Source of the DNA: Cyclobacteriaceae bacterium
Lineage (GTDB): Bacteria > Bacteroidota > Bacteroidia > Cytophagales > Cyclobacteriaceae
Reading direction: 5' to 3'
Length of the DNA: 64,000 nt
Assembly (NCBI GenBank): GCA_020832375.1
Contig: JAFIEW010000001.1
Coordinates: 55,267 to 119,266 of the forward strand
Part shown: piece by piece, positions 27,226 to 36,137 of the stretch
How the letters are laid out: each line of letters starts with the position of its first letter
How positions within the stretch are numbered: position 1 is the first letter of the stretch
The notes under the pieces: model-generated
Databases searched by the model: none
Told to the model about the DNA's origin: nothing
The model's input: the letters and a program-made list of their open reading frames with translations, nothing else
Program-made: the position numbers and the translations under genes

Positions 27226-28626
27226 TTATATCGGCCCGGTAAAATTAGTTTTTACTCGTTCCAATACTTCACCATCTTGCATAATGAGAATCCTTACTGG
27301 CTCAGTACGAGCTTGTATTGCTTCTCTATCTTTCAACAAGAAGAATCGCTTTTTAATTCTTTCCTGACCCTCTAGCTCCCAAACATCCTCTCCCAGCATA
27401 TCTAGCGTAAAATTCTCGTCCTCTATTTTAAGAACAATCCCCTTATCGTCGAAGGTTTTATTGATGATGCTCACCTCATAAAGGTTACTTACTTGATTAT
27501 CATCTCTAAGCTGGTAGGTCATACCCGGAAATCGGGTAATAGTAGCCGCTACATCTGTCCTAGTAGCTATTAAACCTATAAAAAGGCTCGTCAGTAAAAG
27601 TAATACAAGTGAATAAGCCTTCACTCTAGTTGTCCATACTTTTTGCTTGCCTTCCTTGATGCCTTCCTCACTTGCATAACGAATCAACTCTTTCGGCCGA
27701 CCGATTTTTTCCATCACCTCATCGCAGGCATCGATACAAGCGGTGCAATTGATACATTCCATTTGAGTGCCATTTTTAATATCGATACCCGTTGGACATA
27801 CTTGCACACACAGACCACAAGCAATACAATCACCAAGTTCTTCGTTCTTTTCTGGCTCTTTTTTATTGATTTTTCCTCTTGGTTCGCCTCTGACATCATC
27901 GTAAGCGACAACGATACTTTTTTCATCAAGTAGTACCCCCTGAAGCCTCCCATAAGGACAAACCACCGTACAAGCTTGCTCCCTAAACCACCAAAACACA
28001 AAGAAAAAAATACCTGTAAATGCCGATAGTGCGATAAAGCCTGTCATGTGCTCCGCAGGTCCGGCTTTTACTACTTCTACCGTCTGCTCCCAACTGATCA
28101 AATATGCCATCACAAGGTGAGCAATGAAGGTTGATAAGGATAGAAAAATGAAAAACTTTAAACTACGTTTTTTAATTTTTTCAGCATTCCAAGGCATCTC
28201 AGCCAACTTTCTTTGCTGACCCGCATCCCCATCTATCATATACTCGATCTTACGAAATACCATTTCCATAAAGAGCGTTTGCGGACAAGCCCACCCGCAG
28301 AAGAGCCTACCAAAAGCTACCGTAAACACAATTACAAATACAAAGAAGATCAGCAATAGAAAGATCAATAGATAAGTATCTTGAGGCCAAAATACTTTAC
28401 CAAAGATGATGAACTTCCTCTCAAAAAAATTCAACATGAGCAGAGGCTGACCACCAATCTTGATGAAAGGTCCAAGGAAAAGCATCGCCAAAAACACCCA
28501 CGACACATAGGTACGTAGGCTATAAAATTTACCAAGTTGCTTTTTGGGGAAGATCCAATTTCTACCTCCATCCTCTCGGATCGTTGCCATAGAATCTCTG
28601 AATGCTTCCTGATTTTCCTCTTTCAT
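27226..28626 (-). CDS. ccoG: Cytochrome c oxidase accessory protein CcoG (polyferredoxin-like)
   Basis: 466 aa. TM segments with CGWACPQ and CPYGRLQ. Two 4Fe-4S ferredoxin motifs, CIACGLCVQVCP and CINCTACIDACD. Confidence 0.9.
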   Translation of the reverse strand: MKEENQEAFRDSMATIREDGGRNWIFPKKQLGKFYSLRTYVSWVFLAMLFLGPFIKIGGQPLLMLNFFERKFIIFGKVFWPQDTYLLIFLLLIFFVFVIVFTVAFGRLFCGWACPQTLFMEMVFRKIEYMIDGDAGQQRKLAEMPWNAEKIKKRSLKFFIFLSLSTFIAHLVMAYLISWEQTVEVVKAGPAEHMTGFIALSAFTGIFFFVFWWFREQACTVVCPYGRLQGVLLDEKSIVVAYDDVRGEPRGKINKKEPEKNEELGDCIACGLCVQVCPTGIDIKNGTQMECINCTACIDACDEVMEKIGRPKELIRYASEEGIKEGKQKVWTTRVKAYSLVLLLLTSLFIGLIATRTDVAATITRFPGMTYQLRDDNQVSNLYEVSIINKTFDDKGIVLKIEDENFTLDMLGEDVWELEGQERIKKRFFLLKDREAIQARTEPVRILIMQDGEVLERVKTNFTGPI

Positions 28627-28824
28627 GGTTTTGTTATTTTGCTGTACTTACTCCAAATTTCTAGGGTATGCGACTCCCTATTAGTATTAGTAAAAGTACC
28701 TCTTCTAAATTGAAATAAGCGAGACTTAAATCTCAGTTAAGCCTCGCATATCCTTTAATTGATAAACCTAAAAACTACTCGTATAACCTTCTTATACAAG
28801 CTTTTACAACAATCCTAATTCAAC

Positions 28825-29760
28825 TTAAAGAGATGCAGTAGCATCTATTGCTTCAAGCGGTGTTTCGCTATCCATCTCCATTTTTTCTCCTTCCGGATCT
28901 TTTGGGTTTGCTGGCTCAGTACCCACCAATGTCAACACATAGCTCGATACATTTTGCATTTCCTCAGGACTCAACTGATCCTCCCAAGGAATCATCCCTT
29001 TAGACCTCACACCATATTTCACTACCTTGAAAACATCCGAAATAGAGTTACCATGTATAAAATATTCGTCGGCTAGGTTAGGACCTACACCTCCGCCCCC
29101 ATCTTTAGCATGGCAGGCAGCACAGTTCGCTTCAAATATTCTTTGACCATCCGTAAGAGCGGGGGTCTCGGTAGTAAACTGGACTGTATTCTCGTCGATA
29201 GTAGCCAATGCATTTTGCTTAGCCTTCTCAATTTTAATTGCCGCAATTCGCTGCTCTTCTTGATACTCCTCGGTTTGGGTAGCTCCAATACCTAAAACAG
29301 TATAATAGGAAAAATAAACCACACCAAATACGATAGTGAAGTAGAAGGTATACTTCAACCAAGGTGGCATATGATTGTCTAACTCCACAATTCCGTCGAA
29401 GCTATGATCCAGCATTTTATCCTTCTCTTCTTTGATTGGGGTCATTTTACCCGTCACATACTTCTCGTCAAACTTCTCCCACCATGCAGCAAAAGCACTT
29501 TGCTTCTCGACGGCATCTGTTGCAGGACTCATCTGTGCATACATAAATGAAATTAAGTACACGATGACTCCTAAGAGCAAAATAACCATCACAATTACAG
29601 TGACTAAAAGTCCTAAGAGCACTTGCTGCTCCATTTCTAGCTGCCCAAATGTTTCCCAAAAGCTCTTACTCTCCTGAGCAGAAACTCCATGGGGTGCAGC
29701 GAACATGGCAAGTCCAAAGAGGATCATGCCAAGTTTACCTATTTTATTGATGAATTTCAT
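28825..29760 (-). CDS. ccoP: cbb3-type cytochrome c oxidase subunit III-like (CcoP), mono-haem form
   Basis: Probable ATG at 29760 (MKFINKIG..; the tracked ORF extends to 29796). FixO/P N-terminal domain motif (HSFDGIVELDNHMPPWL). Single CAACH haem c site followed by ..MIPW. Confidence 0.85.
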   Translation of the reverse strand: MKFINKIGKLGMILFGLAMFAAPHGVSAQESKSFWETFGQLEMEQQVLLGLLVTVIVMVILLLGVIVYLISFMYAQMSPATDAVEKQSAFAAWWEKFDEKYVTGKMTPIKEEKDKMLDHSFDGIVELDNHMPPWLKYTFYFTIVFGVVYFSYYTVLGIGATQTEEYQEEQRIAAIKIEKAKQNALATIDENTVQFTTETPALTDGQRIFEANCAACHAKDGGGGVGPNLADEYFIHGNSISDVFKVVKYGVRSKGMIPWEDQLSPEEMQNVSSYVLTLVGTEPANPKDPEGEKMEMDSETPLEAIDATASL

Positions 29761-29830
29761 GTCTTTATATTTTTGTTGATTGATTCCCCACACCAAATAG
29801 CAGGGAAATCGCAGTTAAAAGGTTACTTTC

Positions 29831-30049
29831 TTAGTGTTTATCCTTACAACTCGGGCAAGCCTTGCAGCCTGAACCACAACTTGATACGGTGTCATCTTCC
29901 AAAGGCATCGCCTTCATGGCATCTATATGACTGCGCTTCATGGTGAAGACGAATACCGCCATCCCAACAAAGAAAAGCACAAAAATCAGCAAGGAAATCA
30001 CAGGGTATATATCTACCCCCTCCAGTGATGTTAAAATATCCTTTTTCAT
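29831..30049 (-). CDS. CcoQ/FixQ-like small membrane protein with a Cys-rich C-terminal tail
   Basis: 72 aa. One TM helix (IYPVISLLIFVLFFVGMAVFVF). Lies between ccoNO and ccoP. C-terminus is SSCGSGCKACPSCKDKH. Confidence 0.6.
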   Translation of the reverse strand: MKKDILTSLEGVDIYPVISLLIFVLFFVGMAVFVFTMKRSHIDAMKAMPLEDDTVSSCGSGCKACPSCKDKH

Positions 30050-30222
30050 AACTCTACAATTTATATGTTCAGATGAGTGTGAGTAGCCAAAATCGGCTAC
30101 CCATCACCTCTCTATTTTTATTTTTTGCGTGGGATGAGGAAACAAGTCCGTCTCTACACATCCATTTTACAGCCCTACTTTATCAGCTTTTATGCCTTGA
30201 GGTGTAATCAAGCGCTCCGTTC

Positions 30223-32406
30223 TTATCGAGAAGCTACTTCTTCACCGTCTTCTTCACTTGGCTTACTGATGTCTGTACCCAGTCGCTGCAAGTAAGCAAT
30301 CAATGCCACTATCTCTGTATCAGGTTTTACTTCAATGCCACTTGCTTTGAGTCCTTCGACAATGCCGTTGGCCTGTTCCATCAAGTCTTCGATAGCTTGT
30401 GCATCATATCCCTCCTCATAAGGTACACCTAGCTTTTGAAGTGTTCTGATCTTAGCTGGTGTACTGGCCACGTCAAGCTTTTTGTCCACCATAAATGGGT
30501 ACGGAGGCATCAAAGAACCTGGTGACATTGAGCGAGGGTCTACCATGTGGTTGTAATGCCAGCTGTCAGGATATTTGCCACCTACACGGTGAAGATCTGG
30601 ACCGGTACGCTTACTACCCCACAAGAATGGTCTGTCGTAAACGAATTCTCCTGCCTTAGAATATTCACCGTAGCGTTCAGTTTCATGTCTGAAAGGACGG
30701 ATCATTTGCGAGTGACATCCCACGCAACCATGAGAGATGTAAACATCCCTACCTTGAAGCTCAAGTGGTGTATAAGGTTGTACGCTTGCAATAGTTGGCA
30801 CATTAGACTTCACCAGTATCGTTGGAATGATCTCTACAGCACCACCTATTAAGATAGCTACCGTAGCTAAAGTAGTAAACAATACAGGCTTACGCTCCCA
30901 CACTTTGTGCCAGAACTCATTGCCGCTGTTCTCATATTTTTTAGCCAAGGCTGGCGCTTGGTCTTCTTCTTCTTTAATGAAAGAACCAATCTTTGCCGTT
31001 TTCCAAAGGTTAAACACCATTACAACAGCACCCGCTAGGTACAATGCACCACCAAACGCTCTTAATATATACATCGGCACAATTTGAAGCACCGTTTCCA
31101 AGAAGTTTGGATAAGCTAATCGGCCCATCTCAGTAGCCTCTTTCCACATTAAGCTTTGTGTCAAAGCAGCGACATAAAGTGGAAGTGCGTAGAAAATGAT
31201 CCCTAAAGTACCTAACCAGAAGTGGGTATTAGCCAATTTCGTTGACGCCAACTGGGTATTCCACATACGCGGCCATAACCAGTATAAAATACCGAAAGTC
31301 AAGAATCCATTCCAGCCTAAAGCTCCAATATGTACGTGAGCTACGATCCAGTCAGTATAGTGAGCAATAGCATTTACATTTTTCAAGGATAGCATAGGCC
31401 CCTCAAAGGTAGCCATACCATAAGCGGTCACCGCTACCACCATAAATTTAAGAACAGGATCTTTTCTCACTTTGTCCCATGCACCACGAAGCGTCAAGAG
31501 ACCATTGATCATACCACCCCAAGAAGGTGCAATCAACATGATTGAGAAGGCTGTACCCAATACTTGCGCCCACTCAGGAAGAGCGGTGTACAATAAGTGG
31601 TGAGGACCTGCCCAAATGTATAGGAAAATCAATGACCAGAAGTGAACAATCGATAGTTTGTAAGAGTAAACCGGACGGTTGGCAGCCTTAGGCAAGAAAT
31701 AATACATCAACCCTAGGTAAGGCGTAGTCAAAAAGAAGGCTACCGCATTATGACCATACCACCACTGAACCAACGCATCTTGAACCCCAGCATAAGCTGA
31801 GTAACTCTTCATGAAAGATACAGGAAGTGCAAATGAATTGAAAATATGTAGTACCGCTACCGTAAGGAATGAAGCCAAGTAAAACCAAATGGCTACATAC
31901 ATATGGCGCTCTCTTCTCTTGAAGATAGTACCCAACATATTAATACCAAAGGCTACCCATACCAAAGCAATGGCAATATCAATTGGCCACTCTAACTCCG
32001 CATACTCCTTAGAGCTAGTAAAGCCAAGCGGAAGAGTGATGACGGCGGATACAATAATTAATTGCCACCCCCAAAAGTGGATCCATCCCAATGTATCGCT
32101 ATACATTCTTGCCTTCAGCAAACGAGGCATGGAATAATACACTCCGGCAAAAATTGCGTTTCCTACGAAGGCAAAAATTACCGCATTGGTATGAAGTGGA
32201 CGAATACGACCAAAGGTCGTGTACTCATTGCCGAGGTTGGCTTCGGGTATGAAAATCTGTAGTGCTACTAAGAGTCCTACCAACATACCTGTCAAACCCC
32301 AAACAATCGTAGCGATACCAAAGTACTTCACAATGGTATTGTCGTAGGCAAACTTCTCGAGTACGCCTGTGCTACTTGCTGTTTTGGTTGCAGTCTGTAC
32401 TGACAT
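30223..32406 (-). CDS. ccoN: Fused cbb3-type cytochrome c oxidase subunits I and II (CcoN-CcoO)
   Basis: 727 aa. 12+ TM haem-copper oxidase core with conserved histidines (..HFWGWQ.., ..WAGPHHLLYT.., ..VAHVHIGALGW..). C-terminal CcoO module with CVGCHSQMIRP haem c site. Confidence 0.95.
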   Translation of the reverse strand: MSVQTATKTASSTGVLEKFAYDNTIVKYFGIATIVWGLTGMLVGLLVALQIFIPEANLGNEYTTFGRIRPLHTNAVIFAFVGNAIFAGVYYSMPRLLKARMYSDTLGWIHFWGWQLIIVSAVITLPLGFTSSKEYAELEWPIDIAIALVWVAFGINMLGTIFKRRERHMYVAIWFYLASFLTVAVLHIFNSFALPVSFMKSYSAYAGVQDALVQWWYGHNAVAFFLTTPYLGLMYYFLPKAANRPVYSYKLSIVHFWSLIFLYIWAGPHHLLYTALPEWAQVLGTAFSIMLIAPSWGGMINGLLTLRGAWDKVRKDPVLKFMVVAVTAYGMATFEGPMLSLKNVNAIAHYTDWIVAHVHIGALGWNGFLTFGILYWLWPRMWNTQLASTKLANTHFWLGTLGIIFYALPLYVAALTQSLMWKEATEMGRLAYPNFLETVLQIVPMYILRAFGGALYLAGAVVMVFNLWKTAKIGSFIKEEEDQAPALAKKYENSGNEFWHKVWERKPVLFTTLATVAILIGGAVEIIPTILVKSNVPTIASVQPYTPLELQGRDVYISHGCVGCHSQMIRPFRHETERYGEYSKAGEFVYDRPFLWGSKRTGPDLHRVGGKYPDSWHYNHMVDPRSMSPGSLMPPYPFMVDKKLDVASTPAKIRTLQKLGVPYEEGYDAQAIEDLMEQANGIVEGLKASGIEVKPDTEIVALIAYLQRLGTDISKPSEEDGEEVASR

Positions 32407-32410
32407 CTTG

Positions 32411-32623
32411 CTATTGATTTTTATTGGTTGATGATGATTTATTTTGGTTATTTAGTTTTTCCTTATTCTTCCCCTCCGGTGGTTTTGCCGAATCAAACAA
32501 GATTCGCATCGCTGGGGTGTGTGTATCCTCGTACTGACCGTCTTTCATCGCGCCAAAAAACAACCACAAGGCAAAGCCTGCGAGTATCAAACTGACCACG
32601 ATGAGTATAAAGAGTACTTCCAT
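32411..32623 (-). CDS. ccoS: cbb3 oxidase maturation protein CcoS/FixS
   Basis: 70 aa. A single TM followed by ..KDGQYED.. is diagnostic of CcoS. Starts 2 nt after the ccoI stop. Confidence 0.85.
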   Translation of the reverse strand: MEVLFILIVVSLILAGFALWLFFGAMKDGQYEDTHTPAMRILFDSAKPPEGKNKEKLNNQNKSSSTNKNQ

Positions 32624-32624
32624 A

Positions 32625-35081
32625 TCATGTATATTTTAAGTCACCTGTTTGAGGGTGGTTTCCAACTTTCATTAATCCTTTTCTTTGTGCCACTGCATAA
32701 GCACTTACCGTAGTAAATGCGATGATCGTAATGCTGCTCAAAGGCATCAAAATAGCGGACACCACCGGACTCAAAAGACCCTGAACCGCAAAGCTCAATC
32801 CTACCACATTGTAAGTGAAGCTAAGCGCAAAGGCGCCTATGATTATTTTTCGTCCCGCTCTAGAGAGTTTGATAAATTGATTTAAAGCCTGCAGTTTCGA
32901 GGCGTCTAGGATGGCGTCGCCAGCTGGAGTAAATTGAGTCGCCTTTTCTGAAAGAGCAATCCCCACATCAGCAACTTGAAGTGCACCAGCGTCATTGAGT
33001 CCGTCGCCTATCATAATTACCCGCTTACTTTCTGCCTTCAGCGACTCAATATATTTTAACTTATCCATCGGACTTTGCTCAAAGTTGAGGCTTACTGCCT
33101 CTCCTAAGCGATCTCTAAGCACATCACGCTGATGATTTTGATCGCCAGAAAGCACATGAATATCAGCACCTTCTGCTTGCAGTTCGTGGATCAGCTTTTC
33201 TATACCTTCTCTAAAGCCACTATCTATTCTAAAGGCTCCCATATACTCGCCATTCAAAGCGATGTGTACCGTATTAGCAAAAGCCTTGCTTTCTGCAACT
33301 GTGGCCTGTAGCCAACTCGCTGAACCTAATTGAATATCAATACCTCCTTTAAATGAAGCTGTAATGCCCTTTCCTTTCACCTCATCCCAACTAAGAGGTT
33401 GTTGAGCAGAGATCCCATCCAAATGTTCATTGACCCTAAGGCTCAGTGGGTGAGATGAGCTTTTTACCATACCCTTGACTTTCTCTAAAATGTCGGCATG
33501 TAGCTCCTTACCTTCGTAGGAGACTTTAGCATTTTCGGTTGAAGTCAGCGTTCCTGTTTTATCAAAGACATAGGTGTCTACCTTAGCCAGCTTTTCTACT
33601 ATCCCTGAATTTTTTAAGTAAAATCGGTGCATCCCTAAAATCCGAAGTACATTACCCGTAGCAAAAGGTGTACTCATGGCTAAGGCACAAGGACAGGCAA
33701 TTATCAGCACCGATGTAAAAGCTTTCACACCAATCGAAAAATCCGTCAATGACCAAACAGCGAGTGTAACAAAAGCAATTGTCAGTACCACAGGGGTAAA
33801 ATATTGACTCACCTTATGCGATAAACTTTCTAAATCTACCTCCTCATTTTGGAAGCTGTGATGATTCCAAAGTTCAGTCAAATAGCCTTGAGAAGCTTCC
33901 TTAAGCACCTCAAGTTGAGCGTACTGATCTTTCAATCGAGCACCTGCATAAATGAGGTCGCCTTTCTTTTTGGGTACAGGTACCTCTTCGCCAGTTACAA
34001 AGCTGTAGTCTATCCTCGCACCATCCGTCCTCAAAATACTGTCACAAGGTATCAAGTCATCATGTTTTACCACGATCTGATCACCTACCTGAAGCTTATT
34101 GATAGCTACAGAGCTTTCTCTACCTTCATGAAGCTTCACCGCAGAAAGCGGAAAATAAGATTTATAATCTCTGTCGAAAGACAGTCCGTTGTAAGTTTTC
34201 TCTTGAAAAATCTTACCTATCAACAAGAAGAATAGCAATCCACCTAATGAATCCATATAGCCGGCACCATCAAGAATGACGATGTCTACCACACTGTAAA
34301 AGAAAAGCGCCAAAATACCTAGTACGATAGGCACGTCCATATTGAGTCGCTTATTCGAAAGTGCTGCCCATGCTGAGGTATAGTAATCTTTTGAAGAATA
34401 CAATAAGATGGGTAAGGCCAATAGAATATTCAAATAGCCAAAGAAGCCTTTGAAGTCGGCACTAACAAAAGACAGATCATCGAAATACTCAGGTAAACTG
34501 AATAGCATAATATTACCAAAGCAGAAGCCGGCCACAGCAAAGCGTCGAATGATGTCTTTATTGACTTTCTGCGGTTGATCATCGGCTACATCTTGCAAAT
34601 GAAGCGTTGGCTCATAGCCAATCTTAGAAAGAAGCTTCACTAGGTTTTTTAAGCTTAGCTGATCATGAGAAAAACGAATGCTCGCCTTCTTTTTCAAGAA
34701 GTCCACCCTACTTTCTATTACACCAGCATCAAGTCGGCTTAAGTTTTCAAGCAGCCATACACAAGAAGCGCAATGAATCTGAGGTAAGTTAAAATGTACA
34801 AGACTCATTTGTCCATCGGAAAACTTAAGCAACTTTGCTTGAATATCGGCATCGTCTAAGTAATCAAAACGGTTAGCGTCAGCCTTACTTCTCTTTTGAG
34901 TAGTACCTGGACTTTGCTCCATTTGATAGTAAGAGCCGAGATCATTTTCTTGAAGTACATCATAGACCAAAGTGCAGCCCGTGCAGCAAAAGTGCTTCTC
35001 GTCATGAAGGATTTTCTCCTCCACACAATCATCACCGCAGTGGTAGCATTTTGTAAGAACTGTATGATCTAGTGTATTCAT
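32625..35081 (-). CDS. ccoI: Copper-translocating P1B-type ATPase of the cbb3 assembly pathway (CcoI/FixI)
   Basis: N-terminal Cys-rich metal-binding module (CYHCGDDC...HFCCTGC), HMA-like domain (..PQIHCASCVW), CPC TM motif (IACPCALAMS), DKTGTLT, GDGLNDAG. ATG at 35081; upstream TTG at 35105. Confidence 0.9.
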   Translation of the reverse strand: MNTLDHTVLTKCYHCGDDCVEEKILHDEKHFCCTGCTLVYDVLQENDLGSYYQMEQSPGTTQKRSKADANRFDYLDDADIQAKLLKFSDGQMSLVHFNLPQIHCASCVWLLENLSRLDAGVIESRVDFLKKKASIRFSHDQLSLKNLVKLLSKIGYEPTLHLQDVADDQPQKVNKDIIRRFAVAGFCFGNIMLFSLPEYFDDLSFVSADFKGFFGYLNILLALPILLYSSKDYYTSAWAALSNKRLNMDVPIVLGILALFFYSVVDIVILDGAGYMDSLGGLLFFLLIGKIFQEKTYNGLSFDRDYKSYFPLSAVKLHEGRESSVAINKLQVGDQIVVKHDDLIPCDSILRTDGARIDYSFVTGEEVPVPKKKGDLIYAGARLKDQYAQLEVLKEASQGYLTELWNHHSFQNEEVDLESLSHKVSQYFTPVVLTIAFVTLAVWSLTDFSIGVKAFTSVLIIACPCALAMSTPFATGNVLRILGMHRFYLKNSGIVEKLAKVDTYVFDKTGTLTSTENAKVSYEGKELHADILEKVKGMVKSSSHPLSLRVNEHLDGISAQQPLSWDEVKGKGITASFKGGIDIQLGSASWLQATVAESKAFANTVHIALNGEYMGAFRIDSGFREGIEKLIHELQAEGADIHVLSGDQNHQRDVLRDRLGEAVSLNFEQSPMDKLKYIESLKAESKRVIMIGDGLNDAGALQVADVGIALSEKATQFTPAGDAILDASKLQALNQFIKLSRAGRKIIIGAFALSFTYNVVGLSFAVQGLLSPVVSAILMPLSSITIIAFTTVSAYAVAQRKGLMKVGNHPQTGDLKYT

Positions 35082-35182
35082 TTTAATGTCCGTTTTCAAG
35101 CTCAACCCAAAATCTATGAGTAAATATACTTACGAGTTAGGTAAGTAATCACTAATTTAGCAATCTTATTTTACAAAAAACA

Positions 35183-35194
35183 TGACCAACGTCA
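35183..35194. promoter_or_regulatory. Candidate Crp/Fnr-type operator (TGAC-N4-GTCA) upstream of ccoI
   Basis: aCATGACcaacGTCAc shares the TGA-N6-TCA core of FNR/FixK boxes. Nearly identical to the site at 35900-35915. Centre is 83 nt from the TTG at 35105. Confidence 0.45.
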
Positions 35195-35230
35195 CTTTTT
35201 TTCATACTAAAAACTGTCATTACCAAATAA

Positions 35231-35827
35231 TTATAAAATCACTGATAAATCAGCTTTTAGCTCGCCACAGTCTCCTTTTTTCTTGATGGCTTTCATAATT
35301 GATAGCCTCTTTTTCTTCGGTGCAAGCCAAAAAGCACAAGAATGAACATCGCAGTAATCCAAAAATTCTTCCGGTAAACTAAAATTGAATTTGGCAAACT
35401 GCACTTTCTGAAAAACTTCATTCATTTTTTTAATCAGCTGTTGCTCTCTTGCCATCATGCTTTTAGACAATCGATTAGGACTGATGATGGTGCAGGTCTT
35501 GCTTTTAAAATCTATCCCTATTTTATCAAAAAGGCCGATCGTCCGATTATAATTATGTAAAGAGCCATCAAAATGAATCAGAAAATGATCCATCTTAAGG
35601 CATTCTGCCATTAGCATGAGGTAGGGTAAGTGTACACTCTCCTCAGAAAGTTGCTGTATTCCCTCATTGTCAAGATCTAAAAATTGTCCCATCGACATAC
35701 CCGCCAAAGGCAATGATGCATCAGATGGATTTAAATGTAGGTCAAACTCTTTTAAATCTGATGTATACACAGAAAGGCTGAGGGCATCTGCAGGTAATCG
35801 AAAATCTTTTTGTTGCAATGGAGCCAT
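35231..35827 (-). CDS. Hypothetical protein
   Basis: 198-aa ORF with ATG at 35827. No motif recognised. Preceded by a perfect 16-nt palindrome and a TAccTTTG -7-like box (minus strand, plus coordinates 35849-35856). Confidence 0.5.
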   Translation of the reverse strand: MAPLQQKDFRLPADALSLSVYTSDLKEFDLHLNPSDASLPLAGMSMGQFLDLDNEGIQQLSEESVHLPYLMLMAECLKMDHFLIHFDGSLHNYNRTIGLFDKIGIDFKSKTCTIISPNRLSKSMMAREQQLIKKMNEVFQKVQFAKFNFSLPEEFLDYCDVHSCAFWLAPKKKRLSIMKAIKKKGDCGELKADLSVIL

Positions 35828-35899
35828 GATCCTATGTTTTATTTATGTCAAAGGTAAGTGATGACATATGGAAGATGACTGATAGGCAAAAGGAGGAAA

Positions 35900-35915
35900 C
35901 ATGACTTAAGTCATG
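35900..35915. promoter_or_regulatory. Candidate Crp/Fnr-type operator, perfect palindrome CATGACTTAAGTCATG
   Basis: 16-nt perfect inverted repeat. Centre is 81 nt upstream of the ATG at 35827. Located ~220 nt downstream of the 3' end of the Crp/Fnr gene (36138..36851). Confidence 0.5.
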
Positions 35916-36137
35916 TAAATAATGATTACACCTATATCTTTAAAAAATTGAATTTGAAAACCGGGAAAATTTAAAATCTTGACTGTTTTGTAATGCAAGA
36001 AAGGGTCATATAAAAATAACTTTTTCACAGAAAAATCTCCTGATAAGCCTGTGAGATGAAAGCAGTATCTACGCTAAAAATAATATGATGATAACTACAA
36101 CATCAAAGGTGCTTTCCAAATGAAAAACTAGTAATGA

